A DNA stretch of 64,000 nucleotides from Felis catus (taxonomy: Eukaryota): NCBI RefSeq assembly GCF_018350175.1, contig NC_058368.1, forward strand, positions 237,710,001 through 237,774,000, given 5' to 3'. A program made the position numbers and the translations under genes. Numbering within the stretch: the first letter of the stretch is position 1; every line of letters begins with the position of its first letter. The notes under the pieces are model-generated. The model was not told the DNA's origin and made no database searches. It saw only the letters and a program-made list of their open reading frames with translations. Of the stretch, positions 25,155 to 37,269 are shown in pieces.

Positions 25155-26394
25155 CTCCAAGTATGTAGGAGCAGCTAAACGGGCATTTCTGAGTCTCCTT
25201 CCAAATAAAATCATGCAATACTGTTGTCTTTTGCCCGATATTTCAAAATAATCTCGTTACCTTTCCTACTCTGGCGAATACCCTGGAATTGGCCAGGTAA
25301 CTCCAAAGGAGAAGCACATGGAGAAGGGCTCGCTGGGAGCGTTTTCCTGAGACGCCCCTCCTTGACATCCGTCACTGCCCTCCTCGATGATTTGCATTGT
25401 AATAGTTACACTCTCAGTACACATTTTTCTCTGTCACCATGATAGAGGGGATTTAATACCACAGTGAGTGTGACATATCGGAGACTCTGAAAATAGTTGT
25501 TTCTGAAGGTTTTATAAATGCCTTGTAGTTCATTTATTTGAATATCGTCAACATGAAAGAAGCACTGACGTGGCAAAGTTTCACTTCACCACCTCCTTTT
25601 CCTTCGTCGTTTTTCATCTTAAAGTAAGTTGTGGCCGTTCTCTGCAAGAAGCAGGAGTATTGCGTGCTGCTACCCCATCTCCCGTGTTCACAATAACCAG
25701 GCGAGACGCGGTTGGAACCCCACAAAAATCCTCTTGCCTGGAGGTGAGGACGATGAACAGCGGGACTCCGCCATCTGAACACTCGCACACCTGCGTCCAT
25801 GAAATGCCTCCTCCCGGTCCTCCTCCCTCCGATTGGCTGAAAGTGACGTCACAGAAGCCAGCGTTCCAGCGTGGGGGCCAGCTCAGGTGCCACACACTGT
25901 CGGCTAGTGGCATGCGCCTCGTTAGTCTTCCAGAATCCATCCGGTACCCAGTTGAAGTGCGGAATAGATGGAAAAGATGCATAAAATGATCAGCTACTTA
26001 CCCCGTGGTTCCAGGAAGCCCACCCGGGGATAAGGTGGAGCTTCCGCAGATTACCTGTCGGCGTGGGAACACTGATGGGGGCCGGTCTCTCACGCGCGTG
26101 TGTTTGCCCCAGTGGAAACCAGACGCGCCTTCTTCAGGGGTATTTCACTGTGTTGTCTCCGCTTTTATTTCCATGAGGCTGGGACCCGTTGTTACCATTG
26201 ACATGAGTCGGGGTTGTTAGAGCACCAGAACATTTGATGGAGGGACTACTTGATTTTCTGTTAGGAATTAGTGCAGAAATCATTGCTGCTCTGTCATCAT
26301 TCCGACAAGGCTTGATTTCCCCATGTACAGTTTGAACTCATGTTATTCAAACATATCAGGGAAGCGTAAGTGTCCGGTTTCCTAAGTTTGCTCA

Positions 26395-26520
26395 ACTCTT
26401 ATCAACCATCGGCCCCATAGCAGACACTCTGCTGGGTAATTGGGACACGAGAATAAATACGGCAACGAGGCTGGAAGTGTGCCTTCAGACAAGGGAAACT
26501 CTCTATCCGGAAACAAGACA
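26395..26520 (-). mobile_element. Possible L2 3' fragment
   Basis: CAGACACTCTGCTGGGTAATTGGGACACGAGAATAAATACGGCA...TGCCTTCAG loosely resembles the antisense L2 3' end. Confidence 0.4.
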
Positions 26521-26602
26521 GTCCGTGAAGCATGCGTGAGGTACGGCCTCTCCGCTCTGTGTACCTTACTTCTTCTAATGCTCACACCATCCTACCTGGT
26601 GG

Positions 26603-26950
26603 TGTAGCAGTCGGGATCAGCCGGGCGTTGCTTCAGTAACACACAAACCCCGATCGTCAGAGGTCTACACAGCCAAGGCTGACTTCCTGCTTCCAGGACC
26701 CCCCAGGGCAGCTCCCCCCGGGGGCCAGCCTGCACTCCAGGCCGCTCAGTCTCTGGGCACCTTCTGCTCATGTAGCCTTCTGCAAGGTCAAGGGCGAGGG
26801 AACAGCATGGCGGAAAATAGAGCCCCGCAGTTAAACGCTTCTCCCCGGAACTGACCTAAGTAAGGCGCCTTTGCTCACACTTTGTTGACCAAAGAAGTCA
26901 CGTGATGGTGACTCTCTTCCAGGGGGCGGGGAGGTGCCGTCCCGGCGCTC
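26603..26950 (-). mobile_element. Old MaLR LTR (MLT1J/K-like)
   Basis: TGTAGCAGTCGGGATCAGCCGGGCGTTGCTTCAGTAACACACAAACCCC...GCTCACACTTTGTTGACCAAAGAAGTCACGTG follows the recalled antisense MLT1K pattern. Confidence 0.6.
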
Positions 26951-27676
26951 CCATGCAGCGAGCGGCTGAACCACCCACAATAGCATTCTGTGGATGAAGA
27001 ACTTGGGCCAACAGCGGGTTAAACCGTCGGCAGGCGATTTTGCCCAATGTGGGGCCTGGGCAGCCCCTCCACGGACAGAGCACCCAGCACAGTAGTCCAC
27101 TGCCGTGTGGTGTGGCATCCAGAGCCCTGGTGGGGAGGAAACTCTGGGTAGGAAAGGTAACGCGGGTCTGCACAGACGCCAGCCAGGTCTGGGGTTGGCA
27201 GGGGTTCCTCAGAGGCAGGGTCGGGGGAGGCGAGAAGGCACAGGAGGGCTGGGTCCCGCACGCGACAGCAAGGACGAGGCGGTGGGTAGACGTAGATCGT
27301 CAGGTTTCTGTGCGGCCGGGTCCCAGCGACCCTCTGGCCCCAACACGGTCTGTCTGGGGGAAGCCTTATCTGCCCACTGGCCCCCATTGACTGTCGAAGC
27401 AGCCTTGCTGAACCGAACAAGTGGTCATTTTTTCCATTCCTATTTATGTCATTTGCTCCAGTAGATTGTGACCTGTTGGCTTTTTCAGCCTTGCCCATCA
27501 CTATCCCCAAGAGGCCGGGCGGTGTATATAATTTATTAGGTTGGAGTTTTTTTCTAATGCGGTTTCAATAATTATATGTCTCCAATGTCTCCTTTGTTTG
27601 TTTCATCGTTAAAAATAATGCTTGAAATTGCTATGTAAATTCTCTTGGCCATATTTCTTGAATCTCAGTGATTCTT

Positions 27677-27882
27677 TTTTTTTTTTTTTTAATGTTTACT
27701 TTTGAGAGAGAGACAGAGCATGAGAGGAGGCAGGGTGGAGAGAGAGGGAGACAGAATCCAAAGCAGGCTCAGGCTCCGAGCCGTCAGCATAGAGCCCGAC
27801 CCGGCGGTCAAACTCACAAACCTCAAGATCATGACCTGAGCCGAAGTCGGGCTCTCAACCGACTGAGCCACCCCGGAGCCCC
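27677..27882 (-). mobile_element. CanSINE with a perfect 16-bp TSD
   Basis: TSD AATCTCAGTGATTCTT at 27661-27676 and 27884-27899. Confidence 0.97.
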
Positions 27883-30480
27883 AAATCTCAGTGATTCTTA
27901 AACCCCTTCAAAGTTCTTGCAGACCCCCGATGTTCACTTGAATTGACTTTTGTTATAACGCTTCTCCAATACGGAGAAGTTGGAAGGTGGGCATAAGTGG
28001 CTTACGTACGTCAGCCATACTGCTATGAAACTAAAGCAGATTTTAAATTAAATACAAACAAAATTTCAAATGTGATCTAATTCCAATTGCAACACAGATT
28101 CAATGTGACAGATGAGGTTGTTCTGTTGAAACACCACTGAAGAAGGAAGGTCAGCCCCGCTAGAGAGTAATTCGACTAACATTCAAATATCCCAGGAGGG
28201 GTAATATGTGAGCTCATTTTCATCCATCACTGTCCCTGCTCTGCGGTGCTGAGAAAACCAGGGTTCTCTGCTTCCACAAATGTTTGATCCTGACTTCACC
28301 ATAATGTTTTCAAGTTATAAGTCTACAATGAGGCGCACACCAATGTGTTGTAAACAAGGAGGAGCCACCGAGGGTCCCGACAGGTGACAAGTGGCTCTGG
28401 TCACCTGGCCTTTTTGGAATAGAGCCTTTTCTTCTGTCTGGACACACATGCAGACGTGCCCGCTTGATAAGCCCATTTAAAATCGGAGCCTGTGCGCGTC
28501 TGCTCCTGTAAAAGCACACGCGAGTCTAATAGCTGTGCGGACAAATTAGCATATACCGCGTCCCACACGGGATGCCACACATGCACTCCTCCCTGGAATC
28601 CTTAGAAACTCTAACCTGACATCGAATAAGCTGGGTAACCTAGTTGGACAACTCAGGGTCAAAATAGTCTAATACTTAGACCCAAGCATCAGGCCAGGGA
28701 AGAAGTGGAGATTTTCAGAAACAAATGCAAATTCTGGATGTGCTCAAACTCTGATTGGACACCTGCCCAAAGCCAACGCCGAGGCACCTGAGACTTTGAC
28801 ATGACGTTGGATACCATTTAACCACGTCTGATAAACACTTCATGTGCAAGGAGGAGGATGTCAACTGAAGGGGAACCGCACGTTCCTGGGAACGCAAGAA
28901 GCGGTCTGTGCCGTGAAGCCTCCTCGGTGATTAGCCTCGAAGAGGCCGTCTCATCCCATCCAAGCTTCTGTGTTGCTTCAAACCACAACTTGATTTTGCA
29001 GGTCAGGCAGTTAGAAAAGTTGCCACCAGCCTCAGGTGCTTATTTCTGTCAGTCGGAAGATGCCTGATCCCGAGCAAGTGGGAGAAATGACAACAAAAAC
29101 GAGCAAATGTGAGTATAATTAATAACCCTAATTAAAAATCTGTATTCACTAAAATATCTCAATTTTCTGATTGATTGAGCTTTGCTAAATGTTAATATAA
29201 ACTTCAGCATATCCAGTTAATTTATAGGACTCGAAAACCACTTTTCTCTCTTCTTAATATCCTGAGGCTTTAAGAAAAAAAGAATTTTAACAAAGAGCAA
29301 TGCTGAAAAAAAAAATACTTTCGTAGGTTGAAATAACCTTCCCTTGAAAAACAGGGACAGAGATACAGGAAATAATGTTCCCAACTTAAAAATGAAGTCA
29401 CTTAGATTAGAGAGAGGGACAATAGGCACGGGCTGTTATGAAGAGAGAAAGTTTAAGAACTCCTTGGGGACCGTGTGCTGGTGGGGACCCTGGGCGGGGC
29501 TGGGGGGGGGGGCAGCAGTGGCATGTGGACCACACTCCCCCTCTCCTGAGCGTGTATGGATTCCAACAAACATCGTCTGCTGGGCTGCCACACGGAACCC
29601 TCGTGCCGAACTGAAGCTTCGGTTTGCTCTTGCTTTTGCACACTTAGAATTAACGAAACATACGCTTACACAGTCCTGAGGTTAACACTGCACTATTGAG
29701 AGTGCCTTAGGTCCATGATGCGTCTGACCAAGGTGACCTCATTGAATTGTGAATTCAGTGGTATTTAATATCAGAAACAAAGTTAAAGTAAGTCCTCACA
29801 TCAACAAGCCGAAAGACAAAAACAGATAGACGACACGATACATCATAAAAATGAAATCCTAACTACGAACCCCAAACGATCTTTGTGATCCACAAATAGA
29901 AATTAAAATCTCTTAACACATCTCTTAAAGCTCTCCATCTCCAACACAGCTCAGGTCGGACTTGGGGTGCAACAAGAGGAATTTATATCAACATCGAGAA
30001 CCAGAAATGATGACATCATTTATTTTTTCCCTGTCAGGTCAAGCCAATGCGACAGGAACAGAAAAGCGTATGATGTATGAGTAACGGAGGAAAGGAGACA
30101 GCGCCGTCAGTATTCGCAGGAGATAAAACCGTCTACCTGGAAATCCAAAAGACTCAACTAAACACAGCTGGAACAGAGAGAGGCGGCTTGCTGGGGTCAA
30201 CGCTGGGGTGACTCACCGGCTGATCTGTACACGGGCAGATATGCCCGCGGCGGAGAAGAGACGGAGCCCACGCGTGTGTGTGCAAGGGAAAAGACAGGTA
30301 CACGTAAGGAAAACGATACGACTTCACTCAGGAAGTAGACCTGGATAAATGAACACAGGCTCACCTATGGAACTCCCGGTTACAATCGGGTCAGGGTTTC
30401 TAAATTAAGTTGCAACTTAAGTGCTAGTCCAAAGTCACTTTTTTTTTTCTCGATGTGCTTAGAATATGAATATACTCTTT

Positions 30481-30691
30481 TTTTTTCCAACTTTTTTTTG
30501 GGGGGGGGGACAGAGAGAGACAGAGCATGAACGAGGGAGGGGCAGAGAGAGAGGGAGACACAGAATCGGAAACAGGCTCCGGGCTCCGAGCCATCAGCCC
30601 AGAGCCCGACGCGGGGCTCGAACCCACGGACCCGAAGATCGTGACCTGGCTGAAGTCAGACGCTTAACTGACTGCGCCACCCAGGCGCCCC
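30481..30691 (-). mobile_element. Young felid SINEC_Fc-type element with a 14-bp TSD
   Basis: TSD TGAATATACTCTTT at 30467-30480 and 30692-30705. Diagnostic GAATCGGAAACAGG and GCCATCAGCCCAGAG, with CpGs retained. Confidence 0.97.
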
Positions 30692-31059
30692 TGAATATAC
30701 TCTTTAAAGTTTATTCGGAAGCATAAATATGTAGCCAATTGTCACTTTAAGATGCCAAGCAGTAAAGCATCTTACAAAGCATGATGATTAAAACACTGTG
30801 ACTGGATCCTTCAGGATCCACTGAGATGCTCAGATGCAGACCCAACTCTAAGCAGGAAATTGATATATTGTAAGTCAGACTTTCTAATCATCAGAAGGGA
30901 GCCATTATTCAAAAATATGCTTTGGAACTATTGTCTGGCCAGTTTTTTTAAAAAATTAAATAACACCAAAACAAAGTTCTGAATGTGTACCTAGAATTTA
31001 TACATATAAATTGTATGTATGTATCCATTACATATTATTATATAGGTACATATAATTTT

Positions 31060-31272
31060 TAAAATTTTTTAATGTTTATTTATTTTTGAGAGAGACAGAG
31101 ACAGAATGTGAGTAGGTTAGGGGCAGAGAGAGAGGGAGACACAGAATCCGAAACAGGTTCCAGGCTCTGAGCTGTCAGCACAAAGATTGACATGGGGCTT
31201 GAACTCACGAGCTGTGAGATCATGACCTGAGCCGAAGTCGGACGCTCAACCGACTGAGCCACCCAGGCGCCC
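31060..31272 (-). mobile_element. CanSINE with an 11-bp TSD
   Basis: TSD CATATAATTTT at 31049-31059 and 31273-31283. Confidence 0.96.
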
Positions 31273-31484
31273 CATATAATTTTAAGTGTAAAATAAACAC
31301 GCCAAAAGAGTGCTATACAATATAAATATGGTGCAAGCTACATATGTAATTATAAGTTTTCTAATAGCCACATTCAAAGAAGTAAAAGAGAAGAGGTGAG
31401 ATTAAATTTAATAATATATTTTGTTTAATCCAATATATCAAAAATTCTCATTTCAAAATGTACTCAATAGAAAAATCATTTTAA

Positions 31485-31698
31485 TTTTTTTTCAACGTTT
31501 TTATTTATTTTTGGGACAGAGAGAGACAGAGCATGAATGGGGGAGGGGCAGAGAGAGAGGGAGACACAGAATCGGAAACAGGCTCCAGGCTCTGAGCCAT
31601 CAGCCCAGAGCCCGACGCGGGGCTCGAACTCACGGACCGCGAGATCGTGACCTGAGCTGAAGTCAGACGCTTAACCGACTGCGCCACCCAGGCGCCCC
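31485..31698 (-). mobile_element. Young felid SINEC_Fc-type element with a 19-20-bp TSD
   Basis: (C)AATAGAAAAATCATTTTAA at 31465-31484 and 31698-31717. Near-consensus, CpG-rich body. Confidence 0.97.
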
Positions 31699-31732
31699 AA
31701 TAGAAAAATCATTTTAAAATACTTTCACTTTT

Positions 31733-31959
31733 GGGGCGACTGGCTGGCTGAGTCGGTTGAGCATCTAAGCGTTCAACTCTTGATATCGGCTCAGGTCATG
31801 ATCTCAAGATTGTGGGATCGAGCCCCGCATTGGGCTCTATGCTGGGTGAGAAGCCTGCTTGGGATTTTCTGCGTCTCTCTCTCTCTCTGCCCCTCTCCCA
31901 CTTGCATTCACAAGCACGCATGCTCTCTCTCTCTCAACATAAACTGTAAAAAGTAAAAT
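31733..31959 (+). mobile_element. Older CanSINE subfamily with a TSD
   Basis: Head GGGGCGACTGGCTGGCTGAGTCGG. Flanks AAAATACTTTCACTTTT and AAAATACTTTTACTTTT differ by one base. Confidence 0.94.
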
Positions 31960-33820
31960 AAAATACTTTTACTTTTTTCATGGTAAGACTTCATAATCCA
32001 GTGTGCGTTCTATACTTAAAGCGCACCTCATTTTGGACTAGCTGCGTTAAGTGCTCAGTGATTACATTACACTGGGCAGTAGGGTCCCAGAAGATAAAAA
32101 CCATTAAGCCTGTACCTTTATAATCTCCTGTAAGAAAAGTCTTCCTAAGCATAACATCAAAAGCAAAAACCACAAAGTAGAAGATTAACATGTACCCGTA
32201 TTCGATTCACATTTTCTCTGTGCGCAGATGGTTACGAAAATAACACTTAAATGTTTATAAGAACAAGATAATACATGCATACAAAGGCGAGCAAAGAGCA
32301 TAAAAGTAAATCCATAAAAGCGAAATACAAGAAGTCAGTAAGCAAAAAAAAAAAAAAAATTTAAGAACACTGAAAAAGTCATGCTGATTCAACCAGTGGA
32401 CGCTTGAAGCAAATCTCCTGCCCCCACCCCCCCCCCACCCCTTCATCTGTAACATTTGAGCAGGAAAGACACCAGAACTCACGCTACTGTGCGGAGGGAG
32501 TGAGAATTTTCACTGATAAAATCTGGAGCCTGCTAGACCAGCAGGAAACCTTAATTCAAACCACAGACATTTTTTTTGGATAATAAACCTCCACTAAACC
32601 TCCAGTAAGCGTTCGTAAATTACAATTATTTAGCTACTCAAAATAATCTCCTTTTTACAGCACGCTGATCATGTTCTGTCGGGAAGAGAAACAGAACTTA
32701 ATTTGACAAATAAGGGTGTACTGCATCTTCTTATCTGTCTCCAGGTTCTTTTCAGTCATTACTTGTAAATAAATATGGTTTCACAGTTTCAGAGTGTTCA
32801 AATTACCGTCAGGAACCAATGCATTCACAGAGGTGGGTTCCATCAAATCACCAGCACCCGGGAGCCTTGCCGTGCGTGAGTTCATCTATTGGCTAAAGAC
32901 CAATTATAGATGGCTAGCCCTGGTGGAGAAGGAGGATCAATACAAAGCCTTTGTAGGAGCTTGTTTATATTTGTATTTATATCCATTTCTGTGCTGTGTT
33001 CATTCCTGCCCTCAATGGAACTGGTCGCAGCTGTCCATGAACGATAATGCGCTAGAATTTCAAACACGTCTGAATTTCAGTCACTGTGCAATTAACTGTA
33101 AAAATTGCAATTACCACTTTATCATCTCATATTCTTAGAACCGAGAGACACTTACAAAATATTTAATCTGAAATACTTTTTAAAAGCAAATTTGGAAACG
33201 GGGGCTGGAAATAAGTTGGCGGAGGGAGCGAACCCGAAATCCGGGGCTCCACGCGACCACGAAGTGACCCGTGGCTCCTCACTGTTAGAATTTCCTAAGG
33301 TAACAAACTGCCGAACTTCACAACGGACACTTAATTTTAATGGGTGTCTAATCAATTGTGCTTTTCTGGTGGGAGGATTTGCAGTCTGCCACACGTGGGC
33401 TCACAGACCCCCAACACCCTCCCACGTGGCAGGTGAGACCCGTGTTGGTCTGCAGAGCGCAGCCAAGCGTTTAAACCCTCCTCGTTCCTGAACGACCAGA
33501 CCCCGATAGTGGCTGGGAATCGAAATTACTACCTCGCGGGTGTCCACATTCGGTTAAGTCTCCAAATGAACTTCTTCAAATACGAACTTAATGTACATTT
33601 AATAGGACAGCTAAGGTGTGCTAATTGAACACAAAATGACCCTTTACGAGGCATTTACGGATGTTTAACAACTGTGCGGAGGAGAGGAGCGGAGAAGCCG
33701 CCAGCTGTGTCCTGGGCTTGCTGAACCTCCGCAACCAGGTTTGTATTAATCCATTGGGGTTTAATCATCGGGAAAGACCTACCTCGGCAAACCTCAATCA
33801 TTTCACAGAATAGGATTTCT

Positions 33821-34062
33821 GGGGGCGCCTGGGTGGTGCAGTCGGTTAAGCGTCCGACTTCAGCCAGGTCACGATCTCGCGGTCCGTGAGGTCCGTGAGT
33901 TCGAGCCCCACGTCGGGCTCTGGGCTGATGGCTCAGAGCCTGGGGCCTGTTTCCGATTCTGTGTCTCCCTCTCTCTCTGCCCCTCCCCCGTTCATGCTCT
34001 GTCTCTCTCTGTCCCAAAAATAAATAAAAACGTTGAAAAAAAAATTAAAAATAAAAAAAAAA
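33821..34062 (+). mobile_element. Young felid SINEC_Fc-type element with a 9-bp internal duplication and no visible TSD
   Basis: GGTCCGTGA twice at 33881-33898. Tail CCCAAAAATAAATAAAAACGTTGAAAAAA. Confidence 0.96.
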
Positions 34063-34074
34063 TTGTTAATTGAA

Positions 34075-34270
34075 GGGCACCTGGGTGGCTCAGTGGTTCA
34101 GCCTCCAACTCTTGATCCTGGCTCAGGTCATGATTCACGGTTCGTGGGTTCGAGCCCAGGGTCAGGCTCTGTGCTGACAGCGTGGAGCCTACGTTAGACC
34201 CTCTGCCTCTCTCTCTGCCCCTCCCCAGCCCTTGCACGGGCTCTCTCTCTCTCTTTCAAAAATAAGTAAC
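34075..34270 (+). mobile_element. Older CanSINE
   Basis: GGGCACCTGGGTGGCTCAGTGGTT head, CT tract and short tail. Confidence 0.93.
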
Positions 34271-34469
34271 CAGTTTTTTTTAATGTGAATCAATGCCATC
34301 GTAGATGTTCTTGTGACTTCTTACTGGTTTATATATTGTTTTAGTTTATGGTGAAAAACTTGAAGTTAAACAATATCATAGCACTTCTATGGTTAGGTAC
34401 ATTTGATCCGTTGTACAAAAATCCATGTTGGAGAAAACGGAGGCATCATTTAAAATATATTTATATATT

Positions 34470-34554
34470 TTCTCCCTCTCTCTCTGCCCCTCCCCCGTTC
34501 ATGCTCTGTCTCTCTCTGTCCCAAAAATAAATAAAAAACGTTGAAAAAAATAAA
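34470..34554 (+). mobile_element. 5'-truncated SINEC_Fc-type element with a 19-bp TSD
   Basis: Only the CT tract and tail are present. TAAAATATATT(T/C)ATATATT at 34451-34469 and 34555-34573. Confidence 0.92.
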
Positions 34555-34667
34555 TAAAATATATTCATATATTCTATATAAATTTTATATAAATATTTAT
34601 ATACTATATGTGATTAAACCCTTTTGGTCCAATAAAGAAATTGTTGAGTAAATACATGAAAACTTGT

Positions 34668-35016
34668 CTGTCCTCGTCAGCTCAGGCCGCATGACAAAGC
34701 ATCCCAGGGACTTGAACCTGGGAAGGCTCACAGTTTTGGAGGCAGAGCCGAGGTCAGGTTGTCCAAGGGGCGGGGTGGGTGTCCTCCTCCCTGCAGCCCG
34801 CCCCTCCCAGCTCTGTCTCCCCAGGGCCACCCCCGGAGCTGACACAGGCAGGTTTATCTGGGCAATAATCCTATCAGATGAAGACCCTGCCCTTATGACT
34901 TCATTTAACCTAATTACCTCCTGGAGGCCTGTCTCCAAGACCGTCACTTTGGGGGTTAGGGCCTGAACGTGGGAACTGGGGAGCAGGGGAGACGGGCCCA
35001 GTTCAGTCCATGGCCA
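34668..35016 (-). mobile_element. MaLR LTR (MLT1B/C-like)
   Basis: CTCACAGTTTTGGAGGC...CCCTTATGACTTCATTTAACCTAATTACCTCC...CCTGTCTCCAAGACCGTCACTTTGGGGGTTAGGGC...TTCAGTCCAT. Confidence 0.8.
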
Positions 35017-35470
35017 TAGCTCATGCAGAAAATGAAAAGTATATTTCAAGTTCGAAGTGAGAGGTCAAGGGAAAATGTAAGTACAGAATCGTCATTCCCT
35101 AATCTGCGCGAGTTCCCCATGTGCACTGAGTTTCCTAGAATATCAATCGACTCTTTTTCCTCCCTGGTCCTGGAAATGTATGGAATGCTGGACCAGCTAC
35201 CGCTCTGTACAGATACTGCAGGTAATAGCGAGAAACAGCCTACAGCTGTTGGGCATTCGGTGACCACACCCAACCCTTCAACTGCAGAGAGACATGGGGG
35301 GAGGCCACCGCGGACTCACCGCTCTGCCACGCCGACGGGGAGATCCCTGGGAACCGTGTCCCTCCCTCCCTCCCTCAGAGACCCTGCGTGGAGGGGTCTG
35401 AGTTTTGCAGTTGTCCCTTCCAGGAGGCCATGGGCCAGCCCGGCCGCCACCCGTGGGGTCTGCATCAGCC

Positions 35471-35544
35471 GAGGCCAGCACCCCTGGGGAGAGCCACGTC
35501 CCTGGGGAGGCCAGCACCCCTGTGGAGGCAGCATCCCTGGGGAG
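35471..35544. repeat. Short tandem repeat, about 18 bp x 4
   Basis: Unit close to GGCCAGCACCCCTGGGGA. Confidence 0.8.
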
Positions 35545-37059
35545 AACTAGTTTAGCCCCCTGGGGATGCGGGGGCCTCCTCTCCTCCCAGCCAGACCATC
35601 ACCATCTAGCCCTCTGGTCTGAGACTCCCCCAGCCTTATTTGCCTCTGCCCTGGGGGCTGCACTTCCCCAGCGACTCCCTGGGCAGGCTGCTGGCCCATA
35701 GAGAGGATGTTCATGGCCCTGGAAGGACGGACAGGAAGGTCTCAGAGCCTGGTGACTCCTGGAAAGGTGGCTGGAAGGGAGGGTGACCCAGGTAAAGAGC
35801 TCATCCAACTCTCCTCTGAGAACCCAGCCCGGACTCTGCTGGGCTGTCCCAAGAGGAGCACAGAAGAGAGAGGCACACCCTTAGACTTCCTCCGGTCCAG
35901 ACTGGGTGCGACATGAGCACGTTCGGCAAAGGCCTGGACGATAAGCGACTCATCACAAACGTTTGGGGGTCGTCTGAGACACTGACACAGCAGTGTCCTT
36001 CCAGCAGAGCGTGACCACACTTGGACCAAATGGACAAACACCGGGGCTGAGCGGGAACCACGGTCTCTCCCAACCCCGTTTATAATCACAGGAGATTGAT
36101 TCTTCACATTCTGTTTCCCTGTGAGCTTGTCTTACCTTATACACGCTTCTTCGTCAGGCTCATCAGGGAAGCGTGAGCTGATGCCCTCCCGAGAGCTGGC
36201 CGCATCGGGCATCACCCTGCCCTTTGTTTGCTCTTCCGCAGAATATGAGGGATGCGGCCGGCGGCTCGGTCATCCTGGACCAGATGTCAGATCTGCTGGG
36301 ACGCACTTTCCTCGCCAGTAACGATGGTACAGTAAGAACCCTTTGTGACAGTAACGCTGATCATAAAGTTATTACGTTCTGATTATAACATGTTCAGGCA
36401 CGATATTTTTCAAAAATAAATGCTTTGGAAGAAGCGTAACTGTTCACCTTTCTGAATGGCGGGCGCATCTTGGTATGCTTGTGTACACGCACTCCTGTGT
36501 ATGGAATTTTTTTAATTTCATGGGAATTTTTCAAGTGACATTTAAATATTTTTTTAAATAATTAAATAGGAAAGTCGCGCAGACTTGTTCTTGAGAAAGA
36601 ATTACATCACCATTCGTCTTTTCTTTCAGAACCAATAGCACCTGACACACCACGATAGGGCGAGGGTGGAATTTTAACTGTGCACATCTCCGAGTGTGTA
36701 TGCTCCAAACTCCATCATGATTATGTCATGTGTCACTGGGATTTTAATAATGCAGCACGTCTGATGGCTGCCTGGAAAAGCAGCTGTAGGCGCCAGGCGG
36801 AGTGAACGAGGTAAGCATTCAGTCTCCCTCAAATTCAGTAACGGGGCATATGGGAACTTATATCGAAACCATGATTTCAAACTCCTTCTATCCAAGGGGT
36901 GAAAACGGTGATTTGCCGTCCACACGAAGTGTGCCACGCACCATGACTTACATCAGGGCAACAGGCACAAAGAGGGACCGGCCAGGCTAGTTCAGAAAAC
37001 TCAACCACACTGTCAAAGTCAGGATGATGGTAATAAACTTGCCCCGCGCGCCCGGGTCA

Positions 37060-37230
37060 CTTTGCACAAGCTGATGCGTGTAATTCTCAGCAAGGTTTGG
37101 TTGTAAGTGTCCCCTGTTTACAGACAGAGAAACTGAGGCTCAAAGGGGCCAAGTGACTCACAGCACACTCGGGGCTGGGGTGTGGTAGACCCAAGTTCAC
37201 AACCAACCCGAGCACGGCCGTCCACACTTC
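37060..37230 (-). mobile_element. MIR fragment
   Basis: CCCCTGTTTACAGACAGAGAAACTGAGGCTCAAAGGGGCCAAGTGACTC is a clear antisense MIR core. Confidence 0.75.
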
Positions 37231-37269
37231 CTTCATGCAGAGCAGCCTGTCCGGTGGCACGAGTGGGTG

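Larger units (their letters stand above)
31308..32083. mobile_element. MER33-like hAT-Charlie DNA transposon, interrupted by two SINEs
   Basis: CATATGTAATTATAAGTTTTCTAATAGCCACATT...AGGTGAGATTAAATTTAATAATATATTTT, and after the SINEs ATCCAGTGTGCGTTCTATACTTAAAGCGCACCTCATTTTGGACTAGC...AAGTGCTCAGT, match the recalled MER33 consensus. Confidence 0.8.
30030..32470 (+). mobile_element. Ancient L1 (L1M/L1ME-like) ORF2 remnant, split by MER33 and four SINEs
   Basis: Sequence from 30110 translates as VFAGDKTVYLE, a decayed form of the L1 RT motif LFADDMIVYLE. Collinear downstream L1 pieces at about 30770-30950 (TACAAAGC...ATTAAAACACTGTG; TTATTCAAAAATATGCTTTGGAAC) and about 32140-32190 (CTAAGCATAACATCAAAAGCAAAAACCACAAAGTAGAAGATT). 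Confidence 0.7.

Noticed and set aside
30806..30823. Inverted repeat TGGATCCT-TC-AGGATCCA
   Set aside because: An 8-bp stem is expected by chance in 64 kb, and it lies inside a decayed L1.
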